Assembly (NCBI GenBank): GCA_964459445.1
Contig: CAYWMP010000002.1
Coordinates: 4,293 to 68,292 of the forward strand
From: an uncultured Desulfobacteraceae bacterium
Lineage (GTDB): Bacteria > Desulfobacterota > DSM-4660 > Desulfatiglandales > HGW-15
Length of the DNA stretch: 64,000 nt
Direction: 5' to 3'
Translations under genes and position numbers: made by a program
Shown here: positions 39,649 to 48,520 of the stretch, in pieces
How positions within the stretch are numbered: the first letter of the stretch is position 1
How the letters are laid out: each line of letters begins with the position of its first letter
Notes under the pieces: generated by a model
Told to the model about the DNA's origin: nothing
Seen by the model: only the letters and a program-made list of their open reading frames with translations
The model's database searches: none

Positions 39649-40137
39649 TTATACCTGAATGACGATCCTATCGCCCAGCTTTTTCATTTCAAGATCTTGT
39701 TCAGGTGTAGAGGCTTTTAAGAATACAAAATAATCGAGGACCCGGTCATCGAGCGGTCCGGCAGCAAAATGCCATACACCCTCGGGTAGGTAGATGAGCT
39801 CGCCTTTCATTACAGGAACGATCTGGATTTGATCCGTCACCGGCGTGTCCCCCGGCGGGGCCAGAGGGACAAACATGTCGGAATTTATCGGTATAAGTAT
39901 TTCACATGAAGAAAGATGTCGTTCCATTCTATCGAAAGACGTAAATGGTTTTTTAATTCGGCAGATGCCCACGTCATAACCTTCGGCATAACCGGGAAAT
40001 TTGCCCAGAGGATTCCAGAAATCGAGCAGGTCGTTACTGAAAAGCGGTTCGTCTTGAGGAACTTTTGTTATCCAGAACATGCCGGAAGTGGATTCATCGA
40101 TACTTTCTCGCTCAATACCTTTGATTATTTCGCCCAT
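39649..40137 (-). CDS. AllA (ureidoglycolate lyase)-like cupin-fold protein
   Basis: MERHLSSCEILIPIN resembles the ERHPLGSQAFIP motif of the AllA family. 162 aa. Confidence 0.4.
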   Translation of the reverse strand: MGEIIKGIERESIDESTSGMFWITKVPQDEPLFSNDLLDFWNPLGKFPGYAEGYDVGICRIKKPFTSFDRMERHLSSCEILIPINSDMFVPLAPPGDTPVTDQIQIVPVMKGELIYLPEGVWHFAAGPLDDRVLDYFVFLKASTPEQDLEMKKLGDRIVIQV

Positions 40138-40182
40138 TGCATTACTCGCTCATTATAGTTGGATTGGTAATAGGACGTCTCG

Positions 40183-41295
40183 CTAGTAAAGCGCTTCTTC
40201 GGTTTCAGGATGAAAAACCAGAATGGCTTCACGCTGCACCCATGCATTGACTATTTGATCTTTGGCAAATTTAGCGCTGGTTGGCGTAAGAATTGAAAAC
40301 TCAATGTCTCCGTTTCTCACGACGGTTATCGCTTTTTCACCGATAAACTCTGAAAAGACGGTAGCCCCTTCAATTTTACACGCTTCATTTTCTATTTTTT
40401 CCAAAGATATGTACTGGGGACGGATACCGACGGTAACGTGGGTTAAAGCTTCTTTTTTGATTCTATCGGCTTTATGATTATTAATTTCGAATTGGAGGTT
40501 TTGTGTTTTCTCTGCTTGAAGAACAACACCCGAATTATTGGTGACAACAGCGCATTCAAAAAAGTTAATGTGCGGTTCTCCCACAAATCCGGCTACGAAT
40601 TTGGTTTCCGGTCGATCATAAAGCTCGTTTCTGGTGCCGATCTGATGCAATTTGGCAAAATTCATGACTGCAATCCGATCGGCCATGGAAAGAGCATCGA
40701 TCTGGTCGTGGGTAACATAAATCATCGTGGCCTCCAAATCATAGTGAAGCCGCTTGATTTCATTTCTCATTTGAAATCGCAAATCAACGTCAGAATGCGA
40801 GATCGGCTCATCGAGCAAAAACACGGCCGGGTTTCTCACCAGGGCCCGGGCTAGTGATACCCGCTGTTGCTGGCCTCCGGAAAGCTGTGGTGGCCTTTTG
40901 GAAAGTATTTCTTCCAAACCGAAAACTTTAGCAATTTCATTTACCTTCTTCTCTTTATCCTCTTTTTCGAATCCCATCACATCCAGAGGAAACCCGATAT
41001 TTTTAGACACGGTCATGTGAGGATAAAGGGAATAACTCTCAAAGGCCATGGCCACATTACGTTCCATGGGAGAAAGATCATTTATTATCTTTTCATCCAA
41101 GAGGATTTCACCGCTGGTGATATCTTCGAGTCCGGCGATCATTCTCAAAGTTGATGTTTTGCCGCATCCTGACGGTCCCAGCAAGGCCACAAGTTCACCG
41201 TCTCTTATTTCTAAATTCAGATCGATGACGGCTTTAACTTCGGCTTTGCGCGAATGATAAACCTTATTGATGTTTTTAAAAGTAACCCGAGCCAT
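40183..41295 (-). CDS. MalK/UgpC-type ABC ATPase (second of two)
   Basis: GPSGCGKTS, LSGGQQQRVSLARAL, VFLLDEP, YVTHD, and a C-terminal TOBE-like domain. The Q-loop reads MAFESYSLYPH. Confidence 0.9.
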   Translation of the reverse strand: MARVTFKNINKVYHSRKAEVKAVIDLNLEIRDGELVALLGPSGCGKTSTLRMIAGLEDITSGEILLDEKIINDLSPMERNVAMAFESYSLYPHMTVSKNIGFPLDVMGFEKEDKEKKVNEIAKVFGLEEILSKRPPQLSGGQQQRVSLARALVRNPAVFLLDEPISHSDVDLRFQMRNEIKRLHYDLEATMIYVTHDQIDALSMADRIAVMNFAKLHQIGTRNELYDRPETKFVAGFVGEPHINFFECAVVTNNSGVVLQAEKTQNLQFEINNHKADRIKKEALTHVTVGIRPQYISLEKIENEACKIEGATVFSEFIGEKAITVVRNGDIEFSILTPTSAKFAKDQIVNAWVQREAILVFHPETEEALY

Positions 41296-41401
41296 TTTTC
41301 TTCCTTTTTGAGCAGATGAGTTGCTCTATCGCTGTTGTGCGCTTCCAATGCCCCGCAGGGGCCACTTCTTTCAAGCACAGCCTTGGAAAAAATCTAGATT
41401 A

Positions 41402-42517
41402 TTACTGTAAAGTAATCGCCAGGTTGTCCCTGGTATCCGAATCAAAGAAGTAAAACGCCCCGGCATCCAGATAAAGTTTGATTTTCTGGTTGTGATCGAT
41501 CTGGGCGCCTGGATCGACAAGGCCCACCAGCGACAGATTCCCCAAACTCGTCGTTAAAACCCCCTCGGATCCGAGGGGTTGAAATACATCAACCACGGCT
41601 TCAAACTCAATTTTGTTTCCGTCTGGAAGAATGGAAACATCCTGGGGCCTTACACCGAGGAGCAGCTTTTCTTTTTTGTATTTCTGCAATAGACCTTTTT
41701 GTTCCGGAAGAACCGAAACCTTGAAATTCGGATCTATTTGAGATTCCAGTATGATATTATCATTCTCACTGCGGATGAAACATTCGATGGCGTTAATTGC
41801 CGGTTGACCGACCTGTCGGGCCACCTCAAAATGTATGGGCCGATAGAAAATATTCTCCGGCGTATCCAACTGCAAGACTTTTCCGTGATGCAGGATCAGA
41901 ATTCTGTCCCCCAGACTCAAAGCTTCCGTATAGTCATGGGTCACGTATATGGTTGTCGCCTCTCTCAAGGCCTCGATTCTGTGAAATTCTTCTCTGAGCT
42001 CCACCCTGATTTTGGCATCGAGGTGGGCGAGGGGTTCATCCAGCAGATACACTTTGGGGTGCCTTACCATAGTCCTGCCAAGGGCTATTCTCTGTTTCTG
42101 ACCGCCACTTGCCTCTGCTGGAAACCTATCTAAAAGTGACTCGATATGAAGCATTGTAGCAATACCGACAACTTTGTCTTTTATCTGATCTTCGGTAAAT
42201 TCGCCCTTTTTCGCCCGCAGCGGATATGCCATATTTTCAAACACCGTCAGATGGGGGTACAGGGAATAGTTTTCAAAGGTCATGGAGACGTCGCGTTTGT
42301 AGGGTGGGACTTTGGTTATGTTTTCTCCATCCATCAGCAGGCGGCCCTCTGTGGGGTTAATCAGACCGCATGTTATTTTTAAAGTGGTGGTTTTCCCGGC
42401 ACCGGACGGCCCGAGAATAACTAAAAATTCCCCATCCCGGGTGACGAAGTTAATATTATTTACTGCAGTGACATCACCGTATATCTTGGTCACATTTTCA
42501 AACTCTAAAACTGCCAT
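41402..42517 (-). CDS. MalK/UgpC-type ABC ATPase (first of two)
   Basis: GPSGAGKTT, ASGGQKQRIALGR, VYLLDEP, YVTHD. The Q-loop reads MTFENYSLYPH. Confidence 0.9.
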   Translation of the reverse strand: MAVLEFENVTKIYGDVTAVNNINFVTRDGEFLVILGPSGAGKTTTLKITCGLINPTEGRLLMDGENITKVPPYKRDVSMTFENYSLYPHLTVFENMAYPLRAKKGEFTEDQIKDKVVGIATMLHIESLLDRFPAEASGGQKQRIALGRTMVRHPKVYLLDEPLAHLDAKIRVELREEFHRIEALREATTIYVTHDYTEALSLGDRILILHHGKVLQLDTPENIFYRPIHFEVARQVGQPAINAIECFIRSENDNIILESQIDPNFKVSVLPEQKGLLQKYKKEKLLLGVRPQDVSILPDGNKIEFEAVVDVFQPLGSEGVLTTSLGNLSLVGLVDPGAQIDHNQKIKLYLDAGAFYFFDSDTRDNLAITLQ

Positions 42518-42529
42518 GAATTCTCCTTA

Positions 42530-43375
42530 TTATCCTTTCACAACGCCTAGGGACAAACCTCGAATCATATAGCGCCGTAACCATATAAACAATATTATCG
42601 GGGGGATGATGATCAACAGCGTAAAGGCCGCGACCTGGTTCCACAAATCCATACTGCCATGGGCAAACGTTGGAATGATCAGGGGATAGGTAACGACCTG
42701 GCTGCCGACAAGAACATTGGCGAAGAGAAATTCATTCCAGGCAAATATCCAGCAGAGTATAACGACAGAAACCAGCCCGGGTTTTACCAGTGGCAGCGTC
42801 ACTTTAAAAAAGGTTCTGAAGGGGCTGTACCCATCGACATAGGATGCTTCTTCGAGTTCTACCGGAACATCTCCGAAAAACATCATCATCAGCCACACCG
42901 AAAGGGGGAGATTAAATACAAGATAGGTGATAATCAGGGAAAAATAGGTGTCCAATAATCCGAAGAAATTGAAAATAAAGAATATAGGCAAAATAATTGA
43001 CACCGGAGGAAACATCCGCACGGAAAGAATCCAGAAAGACAGGTTTTCGCCGCCTGCCTTTTTGGGCCAGCGAGCAAAGGCATAGCCGGCCAAGGAGCCG
43101 AAAAAGACCGAAAGGATCGTCGTAGAAACGGATACGATAACGCTGTTAACTACGGATTTGGTGGCCATTCGATTATGATAGATGGCTGTATAGGCAATGG
43201 TGGAGAATTTCTTGGGGAAAAACGTTGGAGGAATGGAGTTGACTTCCGCCATTTCTTTGAAAGAAGTATTTAAGGCCCAGTATATAGGAAAGACCATAAA
43301 GACAAAAAATATACCCAAAAAAACGAGCCCCAGGATTTTGGCGAGTTTTAAGTGTCTGACGAATTGTCGGTTCAA
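42530..43375 (-). CDS. carbohydrate ABC transporter permease (MalG-like)
   Basis: EAA loop LEEASYVDGYSPFRTFFKVTLPLVKPG. About 6 TM segments. Confidence 0.85.
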   Translation of the reverse strand: MNRQFVRHLKLAKILGLVFLGIFFVFMVFPIYWALNTSFKEMAEVNSIPPTFFPKKFSTIAYTAIYHNRMATKSVVNSVIVSVSTTILSVFFGSLAGYAFARWPKKAGGENLSFWILSVRMFPPVSIILPIFFIFNFFGLLDTYFSLIITYLVFNLPLSVWLMMMFFGDVPVELEEASYVDGYSPFRTFFKVTLPLVKPGLVSVVILCWIFAWNEFLFANVLVGSQVVTYPLIIPTFAHGSMDLWNQVAAFTLLIIIPPIILFIWLRRYMIRGLSLGVVKG

Positions 43376-43387
43376 GTTTTTCCTCCC

Positions 43388-44323
43388 TTAATGGATTTTT
43401 TGGGCATACATCACCTTTTTCATGAACTTGATAAAAAAAGTGATAATCACAACGGACCCCAATGCGATGACCCATACCATAGCGGTGGCCTGGCCGATAT
43501 TGAACTGTTGCACGCCGACCAGATACCCCAGGTAGGAGGGCAGCTCCGAAGCGCCCCCCGGTCCGCCGGAGGTCATCACCGTCACCTTGTCAATAAACTT
43601 GTAGGCATCAATAAATCTCAAAATAAACGCAATCGCGATCAGCTCCCGCAGCATGGGCAGGGTAATGCGCGTCAGTGTCATCCAAGGGGTGGCCCCGTCC
43701 ACCCGGGCGGCTTCATAAACGCTTTCAGGAAGCGATATCCTGCCGGAATAGATGATCATCAGAGGCAGCGACGTCCATTCCCAAACATCGGCTATCACAA
43801 TGGAGGTCAGGGCCAGCTTGGACCCCAGCCAGTTAATGGGATGCATTCCGAAAAGATCGTGCAAGATAGTGTTGACCACCCCGCCCATGGGATTCAAGAT
43901 AAACCGCCACAAAACACCGACCACCGAGGGGGGCATCATCATCGGGAGAATAAAAATCACCAATAATATGAGCTGCAACCTTTTGTTTTTTATATACTCA
44001 TACAACAAAAGCGCTATGACGATGGCCAGGACCATTTCCAGCAGCACCCCAAATGACATATAGAACGCGAGATGCTTGATGGATTCCCAAAATCTCTCCG
44101 ATGTAAACAACCACTTATAGTTGCCCCATCCAAACCATTTGGCTGCACCCACGATGGGGTTGTACTGATGGAAGCTGTAATAAAGGGACCAGAACATGGG
44201 GTAAATAACGACTGCCACAAGTGTAAAGAAAGCAGGCAGCACCAGTAAGAAAGGGGTTTTGTTGCTTACGATGACGAGATCTTCTTTCGGTGGTTTTACT
44301 TTTTTTGCCATAACAACCGCCAA
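43388..44323 (-). CDS. carbohydrate ABC transporter permease (MalF-like)
   Basis: EAA loop VYEAARVDGATPWMTLTRITLPMLR. Confidence 0.85.
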   Translation of the reverse strand: MAVVMAKKVKPPKEDLVIVSNKTPFLLVLPAFFTLVAVVIYPMFWSLYYSFHQYNPIVGAAKWFGWGNYKWLFTSERFWESIKHLAFYMSFGVLLEMVLAIVIALLLYEYIKNKRLQLILLVIFILPMMMPPSVVGVLWRFILNPMGGVVNTILHDLFGMHPINWLGSKLALTSIVIADVWEWTSLPLMIIYSGRISLPESVYEAARVDGATPWMTLTRITLPMLRELIAIAFILRFIDAYKFIDKVTVMTSGGPGGASELPSYLGYLVGVQQFNIGQATAMVWVIALGSVVIITFFIKFMKKVMYAQKIH

Positions 44324-44645
44324 TCGGATTATGAAAAAACTTTTTTCGTCTGCCCTGTTAAACCTTCGGTTGTTTAACCGGGGTTATTTCGTGCTTTCGT
44401 GATTAATTTATCCTTTTTGGTTCTCCGCTATAGGCGGAACCGGGTTAGAGTTATTAATCCGCAGTATTGTGGATCGGATAAAATGGGGCTGTGGAAGCTT
44501 GAACGTCCCGCCTTTGTTCAAGGTAATTTGGCACCCCTTTTGAGGCAAAACCTTCAGGGGGTAATTTTCTAATGGCTAATTGTCTAGAAGGAATAGAATC
44601 CGTTCTTATATTTCACCCATTCTTAGAATGGTAAATGGTGGAATA

Positions 44646-44676
44646 GGCAGGGCCCTGAAAAAAACAAGGCCCTGCC
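44646..44676 (-). other. GC-rich stem-loop 9 nt after the binding-protein stop codon
   Basis: ggcagggcc-N13-ggccctgcc. No U-tract follows on the minus strand, so it is not a canonical intrinsic terminator. It may be an mRNA stabiliser or a partial terminator. Confidence 0.5.
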
Positions 44677-44685
44677 GCACGGATC

Positions 44686-46236
44686 TTACCAGTATCCCAT
44701 TTTCTTGGCGGTCTTGACAAAAACCGCATACTGGCGTTTCTGGCTGTCAATGCCGTATTTTTGGACGATCTTTATCCATTCTTCTGCCGTTTTCTCAAGC
44801 GCCTGTTTTGATGTAAGCTCCTTGGTAACGGCCCTGGCCACATTCCTCCCAAGTGCTTCAGCATACTCCACGGCACCAGTCCAATTGAACTGCGGATAGC
44901 CGACCTTTACATTGTCGAGCCCGGCTTGAAGGTGGCCCTTTGCCGTATCCAGACTCTTGAATATCCCTGCGTTTGTCTGCCATTGATCGGAGATGCCTCG
45001 CAGCGGATTGGGTTTTAGATACTCTTCCGGAGTTTCGTAATGGACTTTCATGTAGGGATCGGAGCCGCTGTATTCATCGGCGACATAATGTACACTGTAG
45101 TCCTGATGGCTTAGCCTGTAGATGAAGTAAAAGGCGGCCTCTTTCCTCTCCTTCGGAATCTTTTTTGGAATGGAACAAATGCGGTCATAAAGCAACAGGG
45201 ATCGGTGAACCACCTCATTGCCTTTTCTCCAACCGGGCACGATGGTGGCGGCCTGATCGTCGGCCATTTCCGGTACCTGCTGGGCGGTAAATTCCGCTAA
45301 ATCGATCCACCATAGGGCCATGAGGGTACTGCCGTTCTGCCAGGTCTTAATGGTCTCATCGATGCCCATGCTCTCACCACCAGGCGGTGACCACCGGATG
45401 ACCCGTTTCCACATTTCGAGGGCCTCGACGGCTTCGTCACTGGCGATCAGGGGATTCATGCCTTCATCAAAGTACTTGGCGCCGTTGGCGACAGCCAGGT
45501 CAAAAAAGAAACCCCAGGCAAAGGCCGGCGGATTGACGACCATCTGGGATCCGTAGATGCCGTCAGGTGTCGCTTCAGTCAGGAACTGGGCGACTTTAAG
45601 ATAATCTTCCCATGTCTCAGGCGGTTTCAGCTCCATCTTGAATTGTTTTTCGAACTTCTTCTTCATATCCTTGTCGTTAAAGTATGAAGGCCTGTAGTGC
45701 AACAGGTGAATATCGCCATCCACCATGAGTCCGTAAGTTTTATCGCCCCAAAAGTTATAGAAGTTCTTGTAGGCGGGCATGACCTGGTCCCAGTACTCCT
45801 CGGTTCCCTGGTATTTTGCAAGATATCCGTCCAGGGGCTCAAGGGCTTCCATGTTGACAAAGTCTCCCAAATACATGGGTGAATACACCATAAAGTCCCA
45901 CCTGGGCTTGGCGGTTAACAACTGGGGTACGATCTTGGCATGACCTTCACCGATCTTAAACATCTCACGGTTGCCGACACCGACACCGCATTCCTTGGTA
46001 ATATGGGGTGCGACGAATTCGATGGTGTTGATCCAGTTGGAATCCTGAACGTAGTTAAGGTTGATTCCCTCAAACTTTTTGTTGTTAAGAGGGACTGGAA
46101 GTTTACCGGAACTGGCCAACGTTTTGGAAGGTGATCCAAGCATTGAGCCGGCCAAAGCTGCTCCACCGGCAAGCTTTCCGGATGTCTTGATGAACTCTCT
46201 GCGACCCATCTTCTTTGATAATAACCTGTCACTCAT
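44686..46236 (-). CDS. ABC transporter substrate-binding protein (family 1) with twin-arginine signal
   Basis: MSDRLLSKKMGRREFIKTSGKLAGGAALAGS. AGGAGG lies 7 nt upstream of the ATG at 46236. About 516 aa. Confidence 0.8.
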   Translation of the reverse strand: MSDRLLSKKMGRREFIKTSGKLAGGAALAGSMLGSPSKTLASSGKLPVPLNNKKFEGINLNYVQDSNWINTIEFVAPHITKECGVGVGNREMFKIGEGHAKIVPQLLTAKPRWDFMVYSPMYLGDFVNMEALEPLDGYLAKYQGTEEYWDQVMPAYKNFYNFWGDKTYGLMVDGDIHLLHYRPSYFNDKDMKKKFEKQFKMELKPPETWEDYLKVAQFLTEATPDGIYGSQMVVNPPAFAWGFFFDLAVANGAKYFDEGMNPLIASDEAVEALEMWKRVIRWSPPGGESMGIDETIKTWQNGSTLMALWWIDLAEFTAQQVPEMADDQAATIVPGWRKGNEVVHRSLLLYDRICSIPKKIPKERKEAAFYFIYRLSHQDYSVHYVADEYSGSDPYMKVHYETPEEYLKPNPLRGISDQWQTNAGIFKSLDTAKGHLQAGLDNVKVGYPQFNWTGAVEYAEALGRNVARAVTKELTSKQALEKTAEEWIKIVQKYGIDSQKRQYAVFVKTAKKMGYW

Positions 46237-46379
46237 TGTTAACCTCCTTTCTTTGTCATTCTTTTGTTGAATTTCATCGTTCCCCATTAAGGCCAATTTA
46301 TAGTATATACTAATATCTTAAAAAGTAAATTGGAAATTAGAAAATAACCAAATTTTTATCAAGAATAAACCAGACTTAG

Positions 46380-47351
46380 CTATACTACTTTGACGACGCC
46401 TTCAATGATTTCTTCAACGGTCGGGATGCAGGCGCTTTCCAGCTCTACATTAAAGGGAATGGATGTATCTTTGCCGCATATCCGCATCACCGGACCGTCC
46501 AGATCGTCATAGGCCTCCTCCATGATCATCGCGGCAATATCTCCCCCGATGCCGCCCCGCTTACAGGCCTCGTGCACGATAATCACCCGGCCCGTCTTTC
46601 TGGCAGAGGCCAGCACCGTCTCGCTGTCTAGGGGTTTGATGGTTCTCAGATCAACAACCTCGACGCTGATGCCCTCTTTTTCAAGCAACTCGGCGGCCTC
46701 CAGGCACTTCAAGGTCATATGGGAATAGGTTACAAGGGTGACGTCATCACCGCTTTTTTTTATGTCTGCTTCTCCGAGGGGGATGACATATTGCGCTTCG
46801 GGCACATCTCCTTCGGTCATGTACAGCAACTTATGCTCGATGAATATCACCGGCTGATCATCGCGGATGGAAGCCACCAATAATCCGTAAGCATCAGCGG
46901 GCGTCGACGGCATGACAACCTTTAAGCCCGGGATATGATAGAACAGCGCTTCCAGGCTTTGTGAATGTTGCGCTGCAAGGCCGTTTCCGACCCCGCCCTG
47001 GGTCCTTAAGACCATAGGTACGTGCCCCTGGCCTCCGGACATGAATTCGTATTTGGCCGCTTGATTAACAAGCTGGTCCATGGTGAGAAGTATAAAGTCG
47101 ACAAATAAAATTTCCACTACAGGGCGTGTGCCTACAAGGGCGGCGCCAACCGCCGCTCCGGTAAATGAGGCTTCGGCGATCGGGGTGTCAATCACCCGCT
47201 CGGCACCGAATTCCTTGAGCAGTCCTTCTGTTACTTTATAGGATCCGCCGCGTTGGGCGACATTTTCTCCCATGACAAACACCAGGTTGTCGCGTCTCAT
47301 TTCCTCGAAAAGGGCCCGGTTTAAGGCCTCACGGTACATTATTTCGGTCAT
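46380..47351 (-). CDS. TPP-dependent 2-oxoacid/acetoin dehydrogenase E1 component, beta subunit
   Basis: MTEIMYREALNRALFEEM..DTPIAEASFTG.. is a typical PdhB/AcoB sequence. The track start at 47435 overlaps the alpha gene; the ATG at 47351 is preferred. Confidence 0.85.
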   Translation of the reverse strand: MTEIMYREALNRALFEEMRRDNLVFVMGENVAQRGGSYKVTEGLLKEFGAERVIDTPIAEASFTGAAVGAALVGTRPVVEILFVDFILLTMDQLVNQAAKYEFMSGGQGHVPMVLRTQGGVGNGLAAQHSQSLEALFYHIPGLKVVMPSTPADAYGLLVASIRDDQPVIFIEHKLLYMTEGDVPEAQYVIPLGEADIKKSGDDVTLVTYSHMTLKCLEAAELLEKEGISVEVVDLRTIKPLDSETVLASARKTGRVIIVHEACKRGGIGGDIAAMIMEEAYDDLDGPVMRICGKDTSIPFNVELESACIPTVEEIIEGVVKVV

Positions 47352-47373
47352 ATACAACTCCTGTTCGGTTTCA

Positions 47374-48375
47374 TCAGAAGTCAGGTATGCTTGCCAAAAA
47401 TTCATCCACGGATGGTTGGGGGCTGTTCTGGGCAAATTCGACGGCTTCGTTCAATTTACGATCTACCTGTTCCTCGATTTTTTTTGCTTTTTGCTTGTCT
47501 TTTATTTTGCCCCGTAAAATATGAATTGGATCCCTGGCTTTCCATTTCGCCAAAATTTCTTGATCCATATAGAGGCCCTGATCGTTTACGTGATGACCCG
47601 CGTGCCGATAGGTCTCGGCCTCAATCAGTGTCGGTCCCTGTCCATCGAGGGCCCTTGCGGAGGCTTTTAGGGTTGCCTGATAAACGGCGACCGCGTCGTT
47701 ACCGTCGACGACCATTCCAGGCATACCGTAGGCTTCCCCTTTGCACGCCATGTCGCACTCGCCGAAAGAGCATTCGAAGGGCGTTGATGAGGCATAGTGA
47801 TTGTTTTCCAGCATAAAGATGACCGGCAGTTTATAGAGCGCCGCCAGATTCATCGACTCAGCGAAAACGCCGTTATTGGCGGCGCCATCGCTGAAAAAAC
47901 ATACCACGACCTGTTTGCTCTTTTTGACCTTGATTCCCATTGCCGCTCCGACCGCAATGGGGATCCCCCCGCCGACAATCCCGTTAGCTCCCAGATTATT
48001 ATCCGCTTTGCTTGAGATGTGCATGGATCCCCCCAGACCTCTGCAGTATCCGGTTTCTCTACCCATAATCTCAGCCACCATCCGTTTTAAATCTCCCCCT
48101 TTGGATATACAGTGCCCGTGTCCGCGATGAGTGCTGACGATATATCCTTCGGCGCCGATGGCCGCACATGCCCCAGCTGCAATGGCTTCCTCACCCAGAT
48201 AGGGGTGCAGGAATCCCCGAATATGGCCCGCGCGATATAGCTTCGTGCACGTATATTCAAACTGGCGCGTGGCGTAGGCATTGCGATACATTTGCAAAAG
48301 TATCTTTTCGTCGATAAGCGGCGCAGATGGCCTGGATTTGGCGGTCTTTTTGGCGTGCGATTTTTTCCCCATTTT
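47374..48375 (-). CDS. TPP-dependent 2-oxoacid/acetoin dehydrogenase E1 component, alpha subunit
   Basis: TPP motif FFSDGAANNGVFAESMNLAALYKLPVIFMLENNHYA and YRHAGHH. Start probably at MGKKSHAKK. Confidence 0.85.
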   Translation of the reverse strand, partial: KMGKKSHAKKTAKSRPSAPLIDEKILLQMYRNAYATRQFEYTCTKLYRAGHIRGFLHPYLGEEAIAAGACAAIGAEGYIVSTHRGHGHCISKGGDLKRMVAEIMGRETGYCRGLGGSMHISSKADNNLGANGIVGGGIPIAVGAAMGIKVKKSKQVVVCFFSDGAANNGVFAESMNLAALYKLPVIFMLENNHYASSTPFECSFGECDMACKGEAYGMPGMVVDGNDAVAVYQATLKASARALDGQGPTLIEAETYRHAGHHVNDQGLYMDQEILAKWKARDPIHILRGKIKDKQKAKKIEEQVDRKLNEAVEFAQNSPQPSVDEFLASIPDF

Positions 48376-48520
48376 TCCTTCTCTTCGGTAATGAAATAAG
48401 GATAGTATGCTTTTCAGACTATAAACCAATAACCCCTAAGTTGGCTTTAACTCGATCTGGGTTTAACTATCGACAATAACGGATAACAAACAATAAACAT
48501 GGCGTGTTTTGCGTGGAACA

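Noticed and set aside
43352-43966. 204-aa + strand ORF rich in His/Gly/Pro/Gln.
   Set aside because: It is antisense to the MalF-like permease gene and its composition is not protein-like.
44546-44560. TGGCAC-ccctt-TTGA, a sigma-54-like motif on the + strand.
   Set aside because: The -12 GC is missing, and it points antisense into the binding-protein gene with no downstream + strand gene.
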